Below are positions 24,547-37,300 of a stretch of DNA of 64,000 nucleotides, piece by piece. Numbering within the stretch: the first letter of the stretch is position 1; each line of letters starts with the position of its first letter. The stretch is from Isurus oxyrinchus (taxonomy: Eukaryota). The notes under the pieces are model-generated. The model was not told the origin of the DNA and ran no database searches. It was given only the letters and a program-made list of their open reading frames with translations. The stretch is from assembly GCA_026770705.1 (NCBI GenBank), contig JANJGN010000121.1, positions 310,001-374,000 on the forward strand, in the 5' to 3' direction. Both the position numbers and the translations under genes were made by a program.

Positions 24547-24870
24547 AGGGCAGGACTCAACAAGACAGCTCGCAGGTTTACCAACAGAAAATGAACAACA
24601 ATTTATATTTAAAGGGAAGAGAGTGCTGATTGGTTGGCAAGTGGTCTCTGATGAGAGGAGGTGTTGCCATGGAAAATAACGTGTGCAAGCTGTAAAGTTT
24701 AGACAGCTTGTCCCTTCATTCAGCAATAATCAATTAAAGATCAGTTAACTTCTATCGACTGTGAAGCAAATTTGAGTGGCCTGAGAATATGGATACTGAG
24801 AACGGGCTGCACTGTCAGAGGGTCTGCGCTGAGGGAGTGCTGATGTAGAATGAAGGGTGTCCGTACTTAC

Positions 24871-25167
24871 CTTGCACAGTTAGTACGAGGGTCCGCTCCG
24901 ATGAAACAGATGGATATCTCACTCTGCAGCTGAGATTGTGTCCATGGTGTTTGAGTGATGGGATCAGGGTCAGAACAGAAGTATAGGTCAGAGTGACACC
25001 ATGCTGAGTTACAGTGTTTGAGACTGATCCAGGTACGTCAGTGGGAATGTCCCAGGTTAAGACAGGTGCTGCTGTTCCATTGCACGTTGTGTTGAAGGTG
25101 CAGCTTACATCCACACGCTTTCCTGCAATAATTTCAGCAGGGAATATCGTGGGTTTATCTGTGAAAT
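24871..25167 (-). CDS. Gene B C2-set exon (domain 2)
   Basis: 297 nt, phase 1-1, nearly identical to 9537-9833. Confidence 0.85.
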
Positions 25168-25809
25168 CTAACAGACAGGGAATGGATCCTTTTAGAGAAA
25201 TATAACGTGAAGCATCAGTTCAAATAGAAATCACAGCCCCACAAGAGAAAGCACTTTTACAAGGATGATATCAGATCTGAGAGGTTACAATGATCAGGAG
25301 AGAATTTCCTGCTTTGAGACTTTGGTGTTTCTCTCTCTCAGCTTAATATACGTTCACTCCGAGAAACTTGAACTGATAATAGTGGGTGAGGGTGGAGGAG
25401 CAGACCAGAGTTTGGAGTGCACTACCCCATCATTCACTCAGCGATATGGGCCATTTGTTACTTGTCAATTTGTGGGAGCTTGCTGTGCGCAAATTGGTTG
25501 CTGTGTTTCCCACATTACAACAGTAACTACAATTCAGGAATCAGCTCATTGGCTGTGAAGTGATTTGGTCCGTGCTGAGGTGGTGAAAGGTGCTACAGAA
25601 ATGTGAATCATTCTTCTGTCGATATGTCAGACTTCGAGACAGGATTAGAGAGATTGATGGGAGTGGATAAGCTGATAACATTGATGGACACAGTCAATAC
25701 ATTTAATCATTGATATTAAACGTGATTATTAGAGTTTGCTTTTGGACTGAACTGGAAGCTATCACCAGGTTACCAGGTTGCATGTTAACTCAAAATTAAG
25801 AATCTAAAT

Positions 25810-26620
25810 GGTCTAGAGGAGCATAGAACAATAGATTATATTTATATAGTGCCTATATTGTAATATAACATGCCAAGGTGCTCCACAGGAGCATTATAAT
25901 AGAAAGTATGGTCCCACGCCATATAAGGAGATATTAGGTCAGATAATCAGAACTTTGGTTGAAGAGGTGGGTTTTAAGGAGCACCTTAAAGGAGGAGATA
26001 GAAAGATGAAAGGATTTAAGTCTCAGGACCCAGGCTACTGAAGGCTTGGCCGTCCATGCTGGAGCGATGGAAATCAGGGATGCTGAAGAGTCCAGAGGTA
26101 GAGGAGTGCAGAAATCTGGGAAGGCTGTAGCACAGGAGGAGATTACAGAGATAGAGAGGAAGCAAGGACAAGCATTTTGAAATCAAGACATTGCTTGTCC
26201 AGGAGCCATTCAAGGTCAGAGAGTCGAGGGGGGGATAGGGGAACGTGAGTTACTGCTGGTTAAAACAGGGGCAGCTGAGTTTTAGATGACCCCAAGTTTA
26301 CAGAGGGTGGAATGTGCGAGACCAGCCAGGAGTGAGTTGGAATAACCGAACGGGATGAGATGAGATGGAGATTGAGATCTCCGAGGATGGGAATTCAGTC
26401 GGTGCAGAGACTGAGGGAGGAAAGCAGTGAAGATATCCTGGGGCGAAGATGTTTATCATTCCTGGAGTGATCGGCGATAGAGAACGAGAAGTTAGAAGGA
26501 GAGATGAGAGGGGTGGAACACTGTGAGATATTCAAAGGAGGAGAAAGTGCCAGAGGAGGTGGGGGTGGGGGTCAAGCCAAGGTGTGATTTGGTGATAAGC
26601 TCCGCACTGTCACCAGGTCA
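25810..26620 (-). mobile_element. Degenerate L2-like LINE fragment
   Basis: ORF 26016-26213 (SSTSGLFSIP...GQAFSSLGP) resembles the L2 ORF2 C-terminus, and the region resembles 13140-13450. Confidence 0.55.
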
Positions 26621-26890
26621 GACCTGACGGTGTGAGGGGTGGAAGGTGTAGTGGGGAGGAGACACTTCACTCAGGGGGGAGGTGTCATCACCCCTCAGCT
26701 CGGTTTACGTTACAGCTATGATGTGGATTCAATCACACACAATAAGCTCATGGATCTGGGAGCAGAAATAGACAAATCATTAAAAATAGTGACGCTGGTT
26801 AACACGGCCAAAAAACAAGCAAATCAAACACTATTATCTCCCATTGAGTGTTGGATGTGAATTGTTGAGTAATTATAACACAGCACTTAC

Positions 26891-27258
26891 CAGAAACATG
26901 AAGCTGGGTTACAGGGTAATAGTTATGGCTCCGACCATTGTCAAATTCTATTCTGAAAAAAAAAGTCCTGCATCTCCCCATCTGATGTTGTTTATAATCA
27001 GAGAACAGTCGCCATCTTTCAGGTCTCCAGACAGCCGGGTCCGATGGTGGAACCGTGATAACTCGTGACTGTGATGCTTGGAGTGAAAGGCTATAGACAA
27101 TGTATTCCATTTGTCCCTCCTCATATTCCAGATTCCGACACGTGTTTTCTCTAACAAATGTGATGGGTAATTGTAATGACATGGAATCTGTACACATGAA
27201 CCTTTCTGTGCTGTCACCTCTCGTGGAGTGTTACTTTCCCATTCTTGTGACAGTCCAA
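26891..27258 (-). pseudogene. Gene B V-set exon with 1-nt frameshift in a T9 run
   Basis: 368 nt, not a multiple of 3. GGAC-T9-CAGA here versus GGACCTTATTTTTTCAGA in the intact copies. The domain is split over ORFs 26948-27277 and 26799-27197. Confidence 0.8.
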
Positions 27259-27936
27259 CTGGGGAGAGAAATATCAATATTTAAATCTTGATAATTTGTA
27301 GATCCACTAGACTCGATATCCACCCCCTCCATCACTGGGGCACATCGGCTGCTGTGTGGACCATCTACAGGACACACAAGGAACTCCACAAGGTATCACA
27401 ATGGTTAGAAGAGAATCCTGGACACAGGAGTTGACAAGATCATTCTACATTGGCTGATGGTCCTCAGGACCCTGTTTGTGCACAAGCCTGCTATCCAACA
27501 GAACTGAAGTTGGGGAAAATCCATTTGGAATTCCACTGTCCAGGGCATTGGGTTAACTTGCTGAGTTTGTTTTAAATCTAACATCTATTTTTGGACTGTT
27601 GCCTTAACGGGAGTGTAACTGGGAGTCAGGTTAATTAGGAATTTTAGGAGTTATTATAGCTGTCATTGTAGTCTTATGTATGTGCTTGAAATCTTTTATT
27701 TTGATGACAAATATTTTAATTTATTTTTTTAATTCTCTAAATTTCTTGGTGGACTTATTGCTTCTGAATTCAGTGCACACATCTCATAATAAATACAAAT
27801 TGCAAAATCATTATGATCATGTGACCACCTTTCTCTCAGGGACTTGGTCTGCCTGGCACACATCACCTGCCAAGTGATAACACTGCTGTAATATGCCTTT
27901 CAGGGATAGCAGCATGACATCACTCGAGGGGAAGTG

Positions 27937-29184
27937 TGTCATGTGATCTATAGGAACGGCGGTTGGCTTAAGTCAGTTCTCTGTGTCTATTTGTGTGTTA
28001 GGCATAAGGTCTATCTTTAAGTTCAAGTTTAGTTTGTATTTTTGTGTTTAGGTGTTTTGAAAAGATAGAATTTGACTTTAAAAGAAGCCAGCATTCCTTT
28101 GAGGTTTTCTGACTGTCAAAACAAACACAAGGTGTAAAAAACTATGCTGTTGCCTAGTAACAGTGGTCCAGAGGGAGGGAACCACAGAGACAGAGAAAAA
28201 CAGAAAAGTACTTTCAGTTCTGTTGAAAGGAGTTGCCAGGAGAAGCAGCAAAGGAGCGGGACAGATAGTCAGTCCCAAAGTAAAGATGAAGCCAAAACCA
28301 TCGAGTGGAACAGGAGAAAGGGCCCAAGAAGACCTTCTAGTCAAATCTGGAAAAGGCCCTGTTAAGTGAAGTTAAGAGTGAGGAGCAGAAGAAGGCTTCA
28401 AACATAAAGGGAGAAAGCAGCAGGACACAGACCTAAAGCAAAAAAGGCTTGTGAGAAGCCAGAAGATCCTAGGAGACACCACAGGTTGGTGACTCATTAC
28501 TACGGCCATGGGAAGCCATGGTGTTCCATTGACACGGCTGAGCATTGGAGAGACAGGGCGTGGAAGGAAGGCTGAATGCACGTGGCGATCCAGGGGGCAG
28601 GAACATGGGAAGGAGAATTTGAAATAGTGAAAGTGGACCCTTGTGGAAGGTGTCTGAGTGAAAGTGTCATGTTGGAGAAGATTCCAAAGAGAGTTCTTGG
28701 AGAGTGGAGATTGGAAACCCTCATGTGGATATCTCAGTTCAGTGAGACTGGTTGGCTCACAGTGTAACAAGCGTCTGGGGTCAGATGAGGAGGGAGACAT
28801 AGCATTTGTTTCAAGTGGGCTCTGTCAGTTTCTTTCAGAATGTGGTGTCCCTGACCACAGGTCGTCTATTGGTTTACATGGACTGTGTACTTAGTTTGAA
28901 CATGAGAGTACAAGATAGCTATTGTAACTTGCGTTATCTTTATGAATCTGTATATATCTGTAAATGTATAGGTCTGGGTGATGGAGTAATGTAATATAGT
29001 TTGTCTTTCCTAGTTTAATAAATGTTTTATTCTTTTGTTAGAAGTTCATCAGATGACTCCTGTGACTCTGTTCAGTAGCTGCTCTCCACATTCCTAAATA
29101 AAAAATAAAAGTTAGGACCTATCAAGCTGAGCTCCACCCTGGGATCTGACTTGCCCAGTAGTAACATCAGCTGGGATGATAACA
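27937..29184 (+). mobile_element. Solo-LTR-like element (TGTCATG...GATAACA)
   Basis: TG...CA ends, AATAAA signals near the 3' end, non-coding. No target-site duplication seen. Confidence 0.5.
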
Positions 29185-29374
29185 CCATCCAGTCCAAGTT
29201 TCACTTTGGCCTGTGAGCAGAACACAGCTCACACAGTTTGGCTGCAGGTGTCTCCCAGTTTCTATCCTTGTATATCTGTTCTCATGTCACTATTCTAAAT
29301 AAATGAATCCACAATGTATTTACCTAATTCCGTATCAGTGGCTGGTGCTTTTATATCATTATAAAAACACAACA

Positions 29375-32300
29375 TGGTGATCAGCGGTGGCCAAACATTC
29401 TGGCAGCAAGATTCAGTACAGGTATGACGTGGTGAACAGCCTGAGATCGAGCTACATGACATGAGACGACCCTCAACGCTTTGGTCAGACCATAACAGAG
29501 ACACAGCATCAGAGAGGGTTGAAATCGCAGTGTACTGACTGCTCAGGAAACCATTGAAGACACAGTGACGGGAAAGAGCTCAAGTAAAGAGCTGGGGAGC
29601 AGACGGATCCCTCGTGGTGAGATCTGCTAGATAAGACCAAAACCTATAGCATTGAAGAGCTACTCAAGGATGGACATAAATACGAAGTGATCCTCGCAGG
29701 TCAACGAAGCTTACAGGTCCTCAGTACAACATCAATTGTTGACACACTCACTAGAACATCCAAACCTAGTGAGACATGTGGAAGGTGTGGCCTTCTGCAG
29801 GCACCAAGGAAATGCCCAGCTTTCCACCAATCCTGCAAGGCTTGTGGCAGAAAGGGCCATTGACAGCGGCAGGGCACTAGAGCAAAGGCTGATGCAGCTA
29901 CAAAGAGCCGTGCACTGATCCAAACAGACCCTACACAACGGGGAACCTTCAAGCAATAAGAATGACCATCCGCTATTCCATCAGGAACATATACATGTGG
30001 TGACTGACAAACCAGGAAATGGCGATGATGTACACGGTGAGACGAGGAGCGCTGATCGATATTCCACCTCTCACACATATCCTGGCGTGGCTTGCAAATA
30101 AATTGTGGATTGTTGTCTTTAAAGATCTCTCTGGGCACATCAAATAAACTGAAAATGTCCCATAGGGGTGGGATTTTCTGGCCCCACCCACTGCCAGGAT
30201 TGTCCGGTCCAGCCGAAAGCCAATGTTTGTCCAATCTCCCACGGCAGGTCCCATCATGACTGTGCCGGAAAACCCCAACCTAGAGTTTGTGCAACCGTTG
30301 TGCTCAACGTATTGTACAATTGTTGAACAATTTCAAACCTTTTACACCATCAATCTCACGGAGAACAGATGCTGTCACATCACCTGCACTATTGGCCAAG
30401 ATTCCAATTTTCTGCCCTGAGAAAGTTGCAACCTCTCCTTTATTGACCAAGATTGACACAGGGGCAAGTGCCAACATTCCCCTCCCACAGCCCACCCCAG
30501 CAAATTTTCAAAGACATGTATCCAAGGACATGGGAGGCCATGGGGAAACCTACTGCTGTGTACAACACTTCAACTCCATGTGCAGAATCCATAGTCCTGG
30601 GGTGCAAATACAATCAATCCTCCTGGGTGTCACAGATGTTCTACATCGTGGAGACTAAAGGCTGAGCAATTGCAAGTCTACCGGCATGCGGTGACCTCAC
30701 ACTAGTGACAATGCATGGAATCTGTCAGACTTCACATGGGTCAAACGCAGAAACTACCCCATCAACTCAGTTCATGGACATAACATTGAAATATGCAGAA
30801 AGTTTCAACAGTATTGTCAGTTTCAAGGGAGCTGCTACATTACACCTGCAGGAGAATGCAAGTCTGTCAATTGATCCAGTACATTTAGCACAACAGAAAT
30901 GCCAGCAGCTACAAGAGGGAACAGTGAAAAATTCTGCAGGAACTGTGGAAATATCATTGAAAGGGTGGCCTGATTCAACTTGACCTCATCGAGATAAGCG
31001 AGGTATCTCCCAGGGAGTCATTTTTAATGGCAGGCAGTGCATCATACCGGCACATTTGTGATCCTATATTCTTCAACAACTTCATCCCTCACACATGGGC
31101 ACAGATCACACAAGGAGACTCACAAGAGATACAGTCCCTGGCCGGGTATGAACAATGACCTTGAAGTTGTTGTAGGGAAGTACGAGGCTTGTCAAGAGGA
31201 TGAGCCAAGTCAACACAAAGAAACACTGATTCCACAGGAAATTCCTGCCTATTCTTAGTCCAAAATCACATCCGAATCCTTTCATGTCCATGTCACTGAC
31301 TTCATCGTCATCGTCGACAGCTTTACCAGATATCCCATTATTCAAAAATAGCACAACACACCGAGCACAACTGGTGCACACACTCTAAGCACTATTTTCA
31401 GTTTATGTGGTGAACCTAGGGACATGATTACAGATAATCTGGAATATCAATCACACTACTTCTTCTCCTCATTACCCCTGATCTAACAGCCTAGCTGAAT
31501 GAATGATTCACACAGTGAAATCCCTAATTCTCAAATGTAGACAGACCAAGCAAGATCCACACATTGCAATGTTACATCTGAGATCGACACCTACAACTGC
31601 AACTTTGTTAAATTCATTCATGGGATGTGGGAGTCACTGGTCAGGCCAGGATTTATTACCCATCCCTAATGTAAGAGTCAACCACATTGACGTGGAGTCT
31701 GGAGTCACATGTCAGCCAGACAATTTTGTTCCCTAAATGGCACTGGTGAACCAGGTGGGATTTCCAACAATGGTTTTGTGGTCATCACTAGACTTTGAAT
31801 TTCATCTTTTTATTAAATTCAAATTCCATCATCTATTATGGTCGGATTTGAACCCATATTCTCAGGACATTACCCTGGGTGTCTGAATTACTCATCTAGC
31901 AACAATACCACTACACCATCACCTCACCTTATTCCATCACTGACAGAGAACATGTTTGGTGGGCCAGTAGTGACCAATTTCGCTACTCTTACCCATTCTA
32001 CTCTCTCAGAAACCAGAGGGCAACTTTTAAAACTACAAGAGAAGATAAGGAATGTTCATGATAAAAATGGAGGTGCAGAGTTGCCAAGTTTACAGTTGGG
32101 ACAAGTTCACATCCAGCATCCCACAGAAGGTTCATGATCACCAGCCGAGGTGACGAGGATTTGTTCAGAACCAAGGGCCTATGGAGTCAAACACACAAGG
32201 GCACAGCGGTGAGGTGGAACCGAGGATAAATCAGATCCATTCCCGCTCCTATTCCATCGAGGAGAAGATCCCACATGAAATCAGGAACAACATCCAAGGG

Positions 32301-32470
32301 TGACAATCCCACAGATCACTGTGAGCAGTTAAAGACACCTCCAGACAAGGTAACCAGCACAAGATCTGGGTGGACCAGAAGGTTAAATCCACACTTTAGA
32401 GAGTCAAATATTCAACAGTTCCATGCACTTATGTAACTGTCAATAAATATGAACATGATATGAGAAACCG
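29375..32470 (+). mobile_element. Gypsy internal remnant, copy 3 (longest: gag knuckle, protease, integrase)
   Basis: PBS-like site at 29375. KIDTGASANI protease motif at ~30445. Integrase zinc-domain remnant (LTHGH...WPGMNNDLEVVV...CQ) in ORF 31037-31258. Confidence 0.8.
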
Positions 32471-33455
32471 CTTGTTCCCTGTCCTTCTCAAAGATCCATT
32501 CCTGCAGCGGGAGCCTGAAGAGTTACTGATAAGAGATTTAATTTATCGGATTGTAGAATGATCCAGAACTGAAGGAAGCCATTTGGCCCATCGAGCCTGT
32601 GCTGGGCCTTTGAAAGATCTGTCCAATTCGTCCCACTCTCACCTCTGCTCTCTCCTCCACAGCCCTGCAAAATGTCCCCTTCAAGTATTTATCCAGTTCC
32701 CCTTCTGAAAGTTCCTGTTGAATCTGCTGCCACCGCCCTTTCAGGCAGTGAGTCAATGGTCTCTCTCTGAGCTGCAAAGTGATAAGTTTCAATGAAATAT
32801 AAACTCTGCAGCAGATCAGAAACAATCATGATAACTCAGAATATTTGACAGTTTTACATACAGACAGCTTTGCCTCCCTTCTCTCTATCAGTTATCTTGC
32901 TATCTTATCGAATTTTCTAGCATGGTGAGAATGGACAGGAAGTGTGACGCTGAACTGCCTGTCTAATCTAAGAGCTTCTGTGTTGTCTTCATGGGAAGTT
33001 CTGATGAAAATCAGCAAGAGAGAAAAATTTCAGGGCATTGATATCGGAGTGCTTGCATCAGGATAGACTTCATCCCCCAGTTTTTATCCCTGCTTCTCTA
33101 TTCAGCCGATCGCTCCCCTGTCACTCGCTGACCTACACTGGCTCCCAGTCCAGCAATGACTCAATTTTCAAAATCTCTTCATTGATTCCTTATCCCTCCA
33201 TCCTCCCTCTCTACTCCCTATCACTGCCACCTCCTCCAGCCCTGAAACCCTTTGAGGTCTCAGCGGTCCTGCAGTTCTGCTGTCAGACAGGGAGTCAGTG
33301 TATATCAGTGAGCACAGGGGTGATGGGTGAATGGGACTTGGTGTGAGTTTGTACACTGGCTCACTGCTGAATCAGTTCCCTATCAGAGCTCAGTAAGAAT
33401 GTTCTTTTACAAAGACTATTAGCCATAAGTCTGTCCAAGCTGACGATGATATTAC

Positions 33456-33495
33456 CTTGGAGAAGTGACAGGAGGAAGTAAGATTTCCCGATCAT
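33456..33495 (-). CDS. Gene B proximal signal-peptide exon MIGKSYFLLSLLQ
   Basis: ATG at 33495 and G|gtaata donor. UTR exon 33946-34063 and GAGGAAGT at ~34078 lie upstream. Confidence 0.75.
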
Positions 33496-35590
33496 TGTCC
33501 ACTCCCAAATATTCCTTTAGCTTCTGACTCTTAAACTCTGAAAGAGAAAGGAGTTAATGAGACCTCACCTCTTGTCCGACAGCTCTCGAGAGATCAGAAC
33601 TGCTTTTAGACAATGTCTTCACAGACTAATTTGGTTCTCTGTGGGATGATAGGTGCTCTGCAGAGAGTGAAAAAGCTTTAAAAAAATAAATCAATGAAGG
33701 ACTTGCATTTCTATAGCACCTTTCACCACCTCAGGATGTCCCAAAGCTCATACCCCTGATATTCCCTCATCCTTTGAGCTAGAAAGATATTCTGTACAAC
33801 AGAACTGAGCCTCACACCCTGATCTCAATGATCAGTAGAAATATTTCAAAGGCATCAATCATTGGAATCTGTCTTTATAAAGTCACAACATCAATAAAGG
33901 ACGGTGTTGGTCGTGGAAGTGAATTCCAATCATTCCGTTACTTACCCAGAACCTGTCCGACTGCTCGCCTGGGGAGGAACTGCCCACACGCTCTGCTTGG
34001 GCTGAATGACCTCTTCCTGTGCTGCTCCCTCTGTGTGTTTAATTAGACAGGGTGGATGTGTCACTTTGAGACAAAATGAGGAAGTTGGATCAAAGTGACA
34101 GAGCAGCTCATGTTTTGAGATGTTGGTGAAATGTTAACCCTTTGTGTCCTGACCTTGTGGTGATATTTCTGCTCACAGGTGGACAGTCATTGACCAGGAA
34201 TTTCTCCTGTGGGTCAGTGGGTTTCACAGCCAAATTCAGGGGGTCAGAATGTTGTGGGGTTCAAGACGCGATTCAGGGGACGTCTGCCCCACAGAGTAGA
34301 CTGAAACTCCCCAGTGTCAGTACTGAGGGAGTGCTGCACTGTCGGATGGTCATTACTGAGCGAGTGTTGCACTATTGTAAGGTCAGTACTGAGGGAGATC
34401 TCCACTGTTTGAGGGTCAGTACTGAGGGAGTGCTGCACTGTCAGAGGGACATTAATCAGGGAGTGCTGCAATGTTGGAGGATCAGTACCGAGGGAGTGCT
34501 GCACTGTTGGAGGGTCAGTATTAAGGTGCTGATTTACAAGACAGGACAATGGATTAGGAGCCCTCAGAACTCCCCCCATTATCACTGTCATGAATCACTA
34601 ATTAGCCTAACATTCCTGTCTGCTCTTCAACACGGCTGATTGGTTAATCTGATTCAATATCATTGGTGCACTTTGTATGTTCATTGTCTAAGGAATCTCT
34701 TTGGATCCTCATTGTTTAAGGAATCTCTTTGGATCCTCATTGTCTAATGAATCTCTTTGGATCCTCATTGTCTGAGGAATCTCTTTGGATCCTCATTGTC
34801 TAAGGGATTATTTCTGATCCAAACCCCATATTGTTGTATTGTTGATTCCGATGCAGCATTGTAGACTGACTTGTCCCCAAGCTCAGCACTGACCCTACTC
34901 CAGCAGACACTGTGACACACACTAACAAAGTGCCTCTAGCCTGAGCTCTGCATGTGTCGAGAGAAAGACAAATATACAAACTGTATATTGACCCATTTAC
35001 ACACGGACAGCTTTACCTTCCTTCTCTCTTTCAGTTATCTTGCTCCCTTATTGAAGTATCTAGCAAGGTGAGAATGGACAGGAAGTGTGACACTGAACAG
35101 CCTGTCTATTCTAGGAGCTGCTGTGTTGTCTTCATGGGAAATTCTGATTAAAATCAGGAAAAGACACAAATTTCATTCCATTGCTATCGGCATCCAAGCA
35201 TCAGGATAGACTTCATCCCCCAGTATTTATCACTGTTTCTCAACTCAACACCTCACACCCTCTGCCACTCGCTGACCTGCACTGGCTCCCAGACCAGCAG
35301 AGCCTCGAGTTTAAGACTCTCATCCTCAATTTCCATTCCCTCCATTCCTCTTCTCCAATCACTTTCTCCTCCAACCATGCAAACCTCAAAGTCCTCTGCT
35401 ATCCTCCAATTCTGCTGTCAGACAGGGAGTCAGTGTATATCAGTGAGCACAGGGGTGATTGTTGAATGGGACTTGGTGTGAGATTGTACACTGGCTCACT
35501 GCTGAATCTGTTACCAGTCACAGCTCAATAAGAATGATCTTTTACAAAGACTATTCACCATAAATCTATCCGAGCTGACGATGATATTAC

Positions 35591-35630
35591 CTTGGAGAAG
35601 TGACAGGAGGAAGTAAGATTTCCTGATCAT
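35591..35630 (-). CDS. Gene B distal (second) signal-peptide exon MIRKSYFLLSLLQ
   Basis: ATG at 35630 with an intact donor. It has its own UTR exon 36074-36191 and PU.1-like site 36201-36214. Confidence 0.7.
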
Positions 35631-36319
35631 TGTCAACTCCCAGATATTTCATTGGTTCTCAAGCTGTGAAAGAGAAATGAGTTAACGAGACCTCACCTCT
35701 TGTCCGACACCTCTCGAGAGATCAGAACCACTTTTAGACAATGTCTTCACAGAATAATTTCATTCTCTGTGGGATGATAGTTGCTCTGCAGAGAGTTACA
35801 AGGCTTTAAGAAAGTAAAACAATGAAGGAGTTGCATTTCTATGTCGCCTTTCACCTGCTCAGGACATCCCAAAGCTCATGTCCCTGCTCTTCCCTCATCC
35901 CTTGAGCTAGAAAGATGTTCTGTACAACAGACTTGAGCCTCACACCCAGATCTCAATAATCAGTAGAAATCTTTCAAAGGCATCAATCATTGGAATCTGT
36001 CTTTATAAAGTCACAACATCAACAAAGGACGGTGTTGGTCGTGGAAGTGAATTCCAATCGTTCCGTTACTTACCCAGGACCTGTCCGACTGCTCGCCTGG
36101 GGAGGAACTGCCCACACGCTCTGCTTGGGCTGAATGACCTCTTCCTGTGCTGCTCCCTCTGTGTGTTTAATTAGAAAGGGTTGATGTGTCACTGTGAGAC
36201 AAAATGAGGAAGTGGTTAGTACCAAGTTAGAAAGCATCTCTTTGCCTCGCACAGTTAGAAAACTGTTAACCCTTTGTGTGCCAAGAATGTGGCTGAAGGG
36301 CCATCGACTGTTCACATGC

Positions 36320-37080
36320 TTTAAGCTCGAGGTGGTTGAACAGGCCTCCTCCTGTTCCTGTGTAACAGGCTTGAGGGGCTGAATGGACCTCTTCCTGTTC
36401 CTGTGTAAGAGGCTTGTGTGGCTGAATGGGTCTCCTCGTGTTCCTGTGCAAGAGGCTTGAGGGGCTGAATGGACCTCCTCCTGCTCCTGTAAAACTGCCT
36501 CGAGGGACTGAATGAACCTCCTACTCCGTTTCTTGTGTAAGAGGCTTGAGGGGCTGTTTGGGCCCCCTCATGTTCTTATATAAGATGCTCGTGTGGCTGA
36601 ATGAGACTTCTCCTGTTCCTATGTAACTGACTTGAGGGGCTTAATGGACCTCCTCCTGTTCCTGTTCATCAAGCTCATGGGGCTGAAATGACCTCATTCC
36701 GTTCTGGTGTTAGAGGCTTGAAGGTCTGAATGGGCCTCCTCCTGTTCCTGTGTAACAGGCTCGAGGGGCTGAATGGGCCTCCTCCTGTTGCTGTGTAACA
36801 GTCTCGAGGGGCTGAATGGGCCTCCTCCTGTTGCTGTGTAACAGGCTCGAGGGGCTGAATGGGCCTCCTCCTGTTGCTGTGTAACAGGCTCGAGGTGCTG
36901 AATGGGCTTCCTCCTGTTCCTGTGTAACAGGCTTGAGGGGCTGAAAGGCCTCCTCCTTTTCCTGTATAACAGGCTCATGGGGCTGAATGGCCTCCTCCTG
37001 TTCCTGTGTAACAGGCTCGAGGGGGCTGAATGGCCTCCTCCTGTTCCTGTGTAACAGGGTCGCGGGGCTGAATGTCCTCC
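36320..37080. repeat. About 33-nt minisatellite (GAGGGGCTGAATGGGCCTCCTCCTGTTCCTGTGTAACAGGCTC)
   Basis: Tandem units visible. The unit resembles the CR1 3' tail at 11855-11890 and 63140-63190. Confidence 0.85.
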
Positions 37081-37089
37081 TCTCATTAA

Positions 37090-37300
37090 AAATAAATACT
37101 GCAGATGTTGTAAATCTTCAATAAAAATGAAAAATGTTGCCTTAACTCAGCAGGTCTGGCAGCAGCTGTGGAGAGAGAAACAGAGTTTTTGCTTATAGAC
37201 TCTGAAGAAGGGTCATACGGACTCGAAATGTTAATTCTGTTTATCTCTCCTCAGATGCTGCCAGACCTACTCAGTTTCTCCAGCATTTTCTGTTTTTATT
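37090..37300. mobile_element. Short inverted-repeat (hairpin/MITE-like) element; a related copy lies at ~47350-47480
   Basis: ctcagcaggtctggcagcagctgtggagagagaaacagagtt is mirrored by ttctgtttatctctcctcagatgctgccagacctactcag. Confidence 0.6.
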
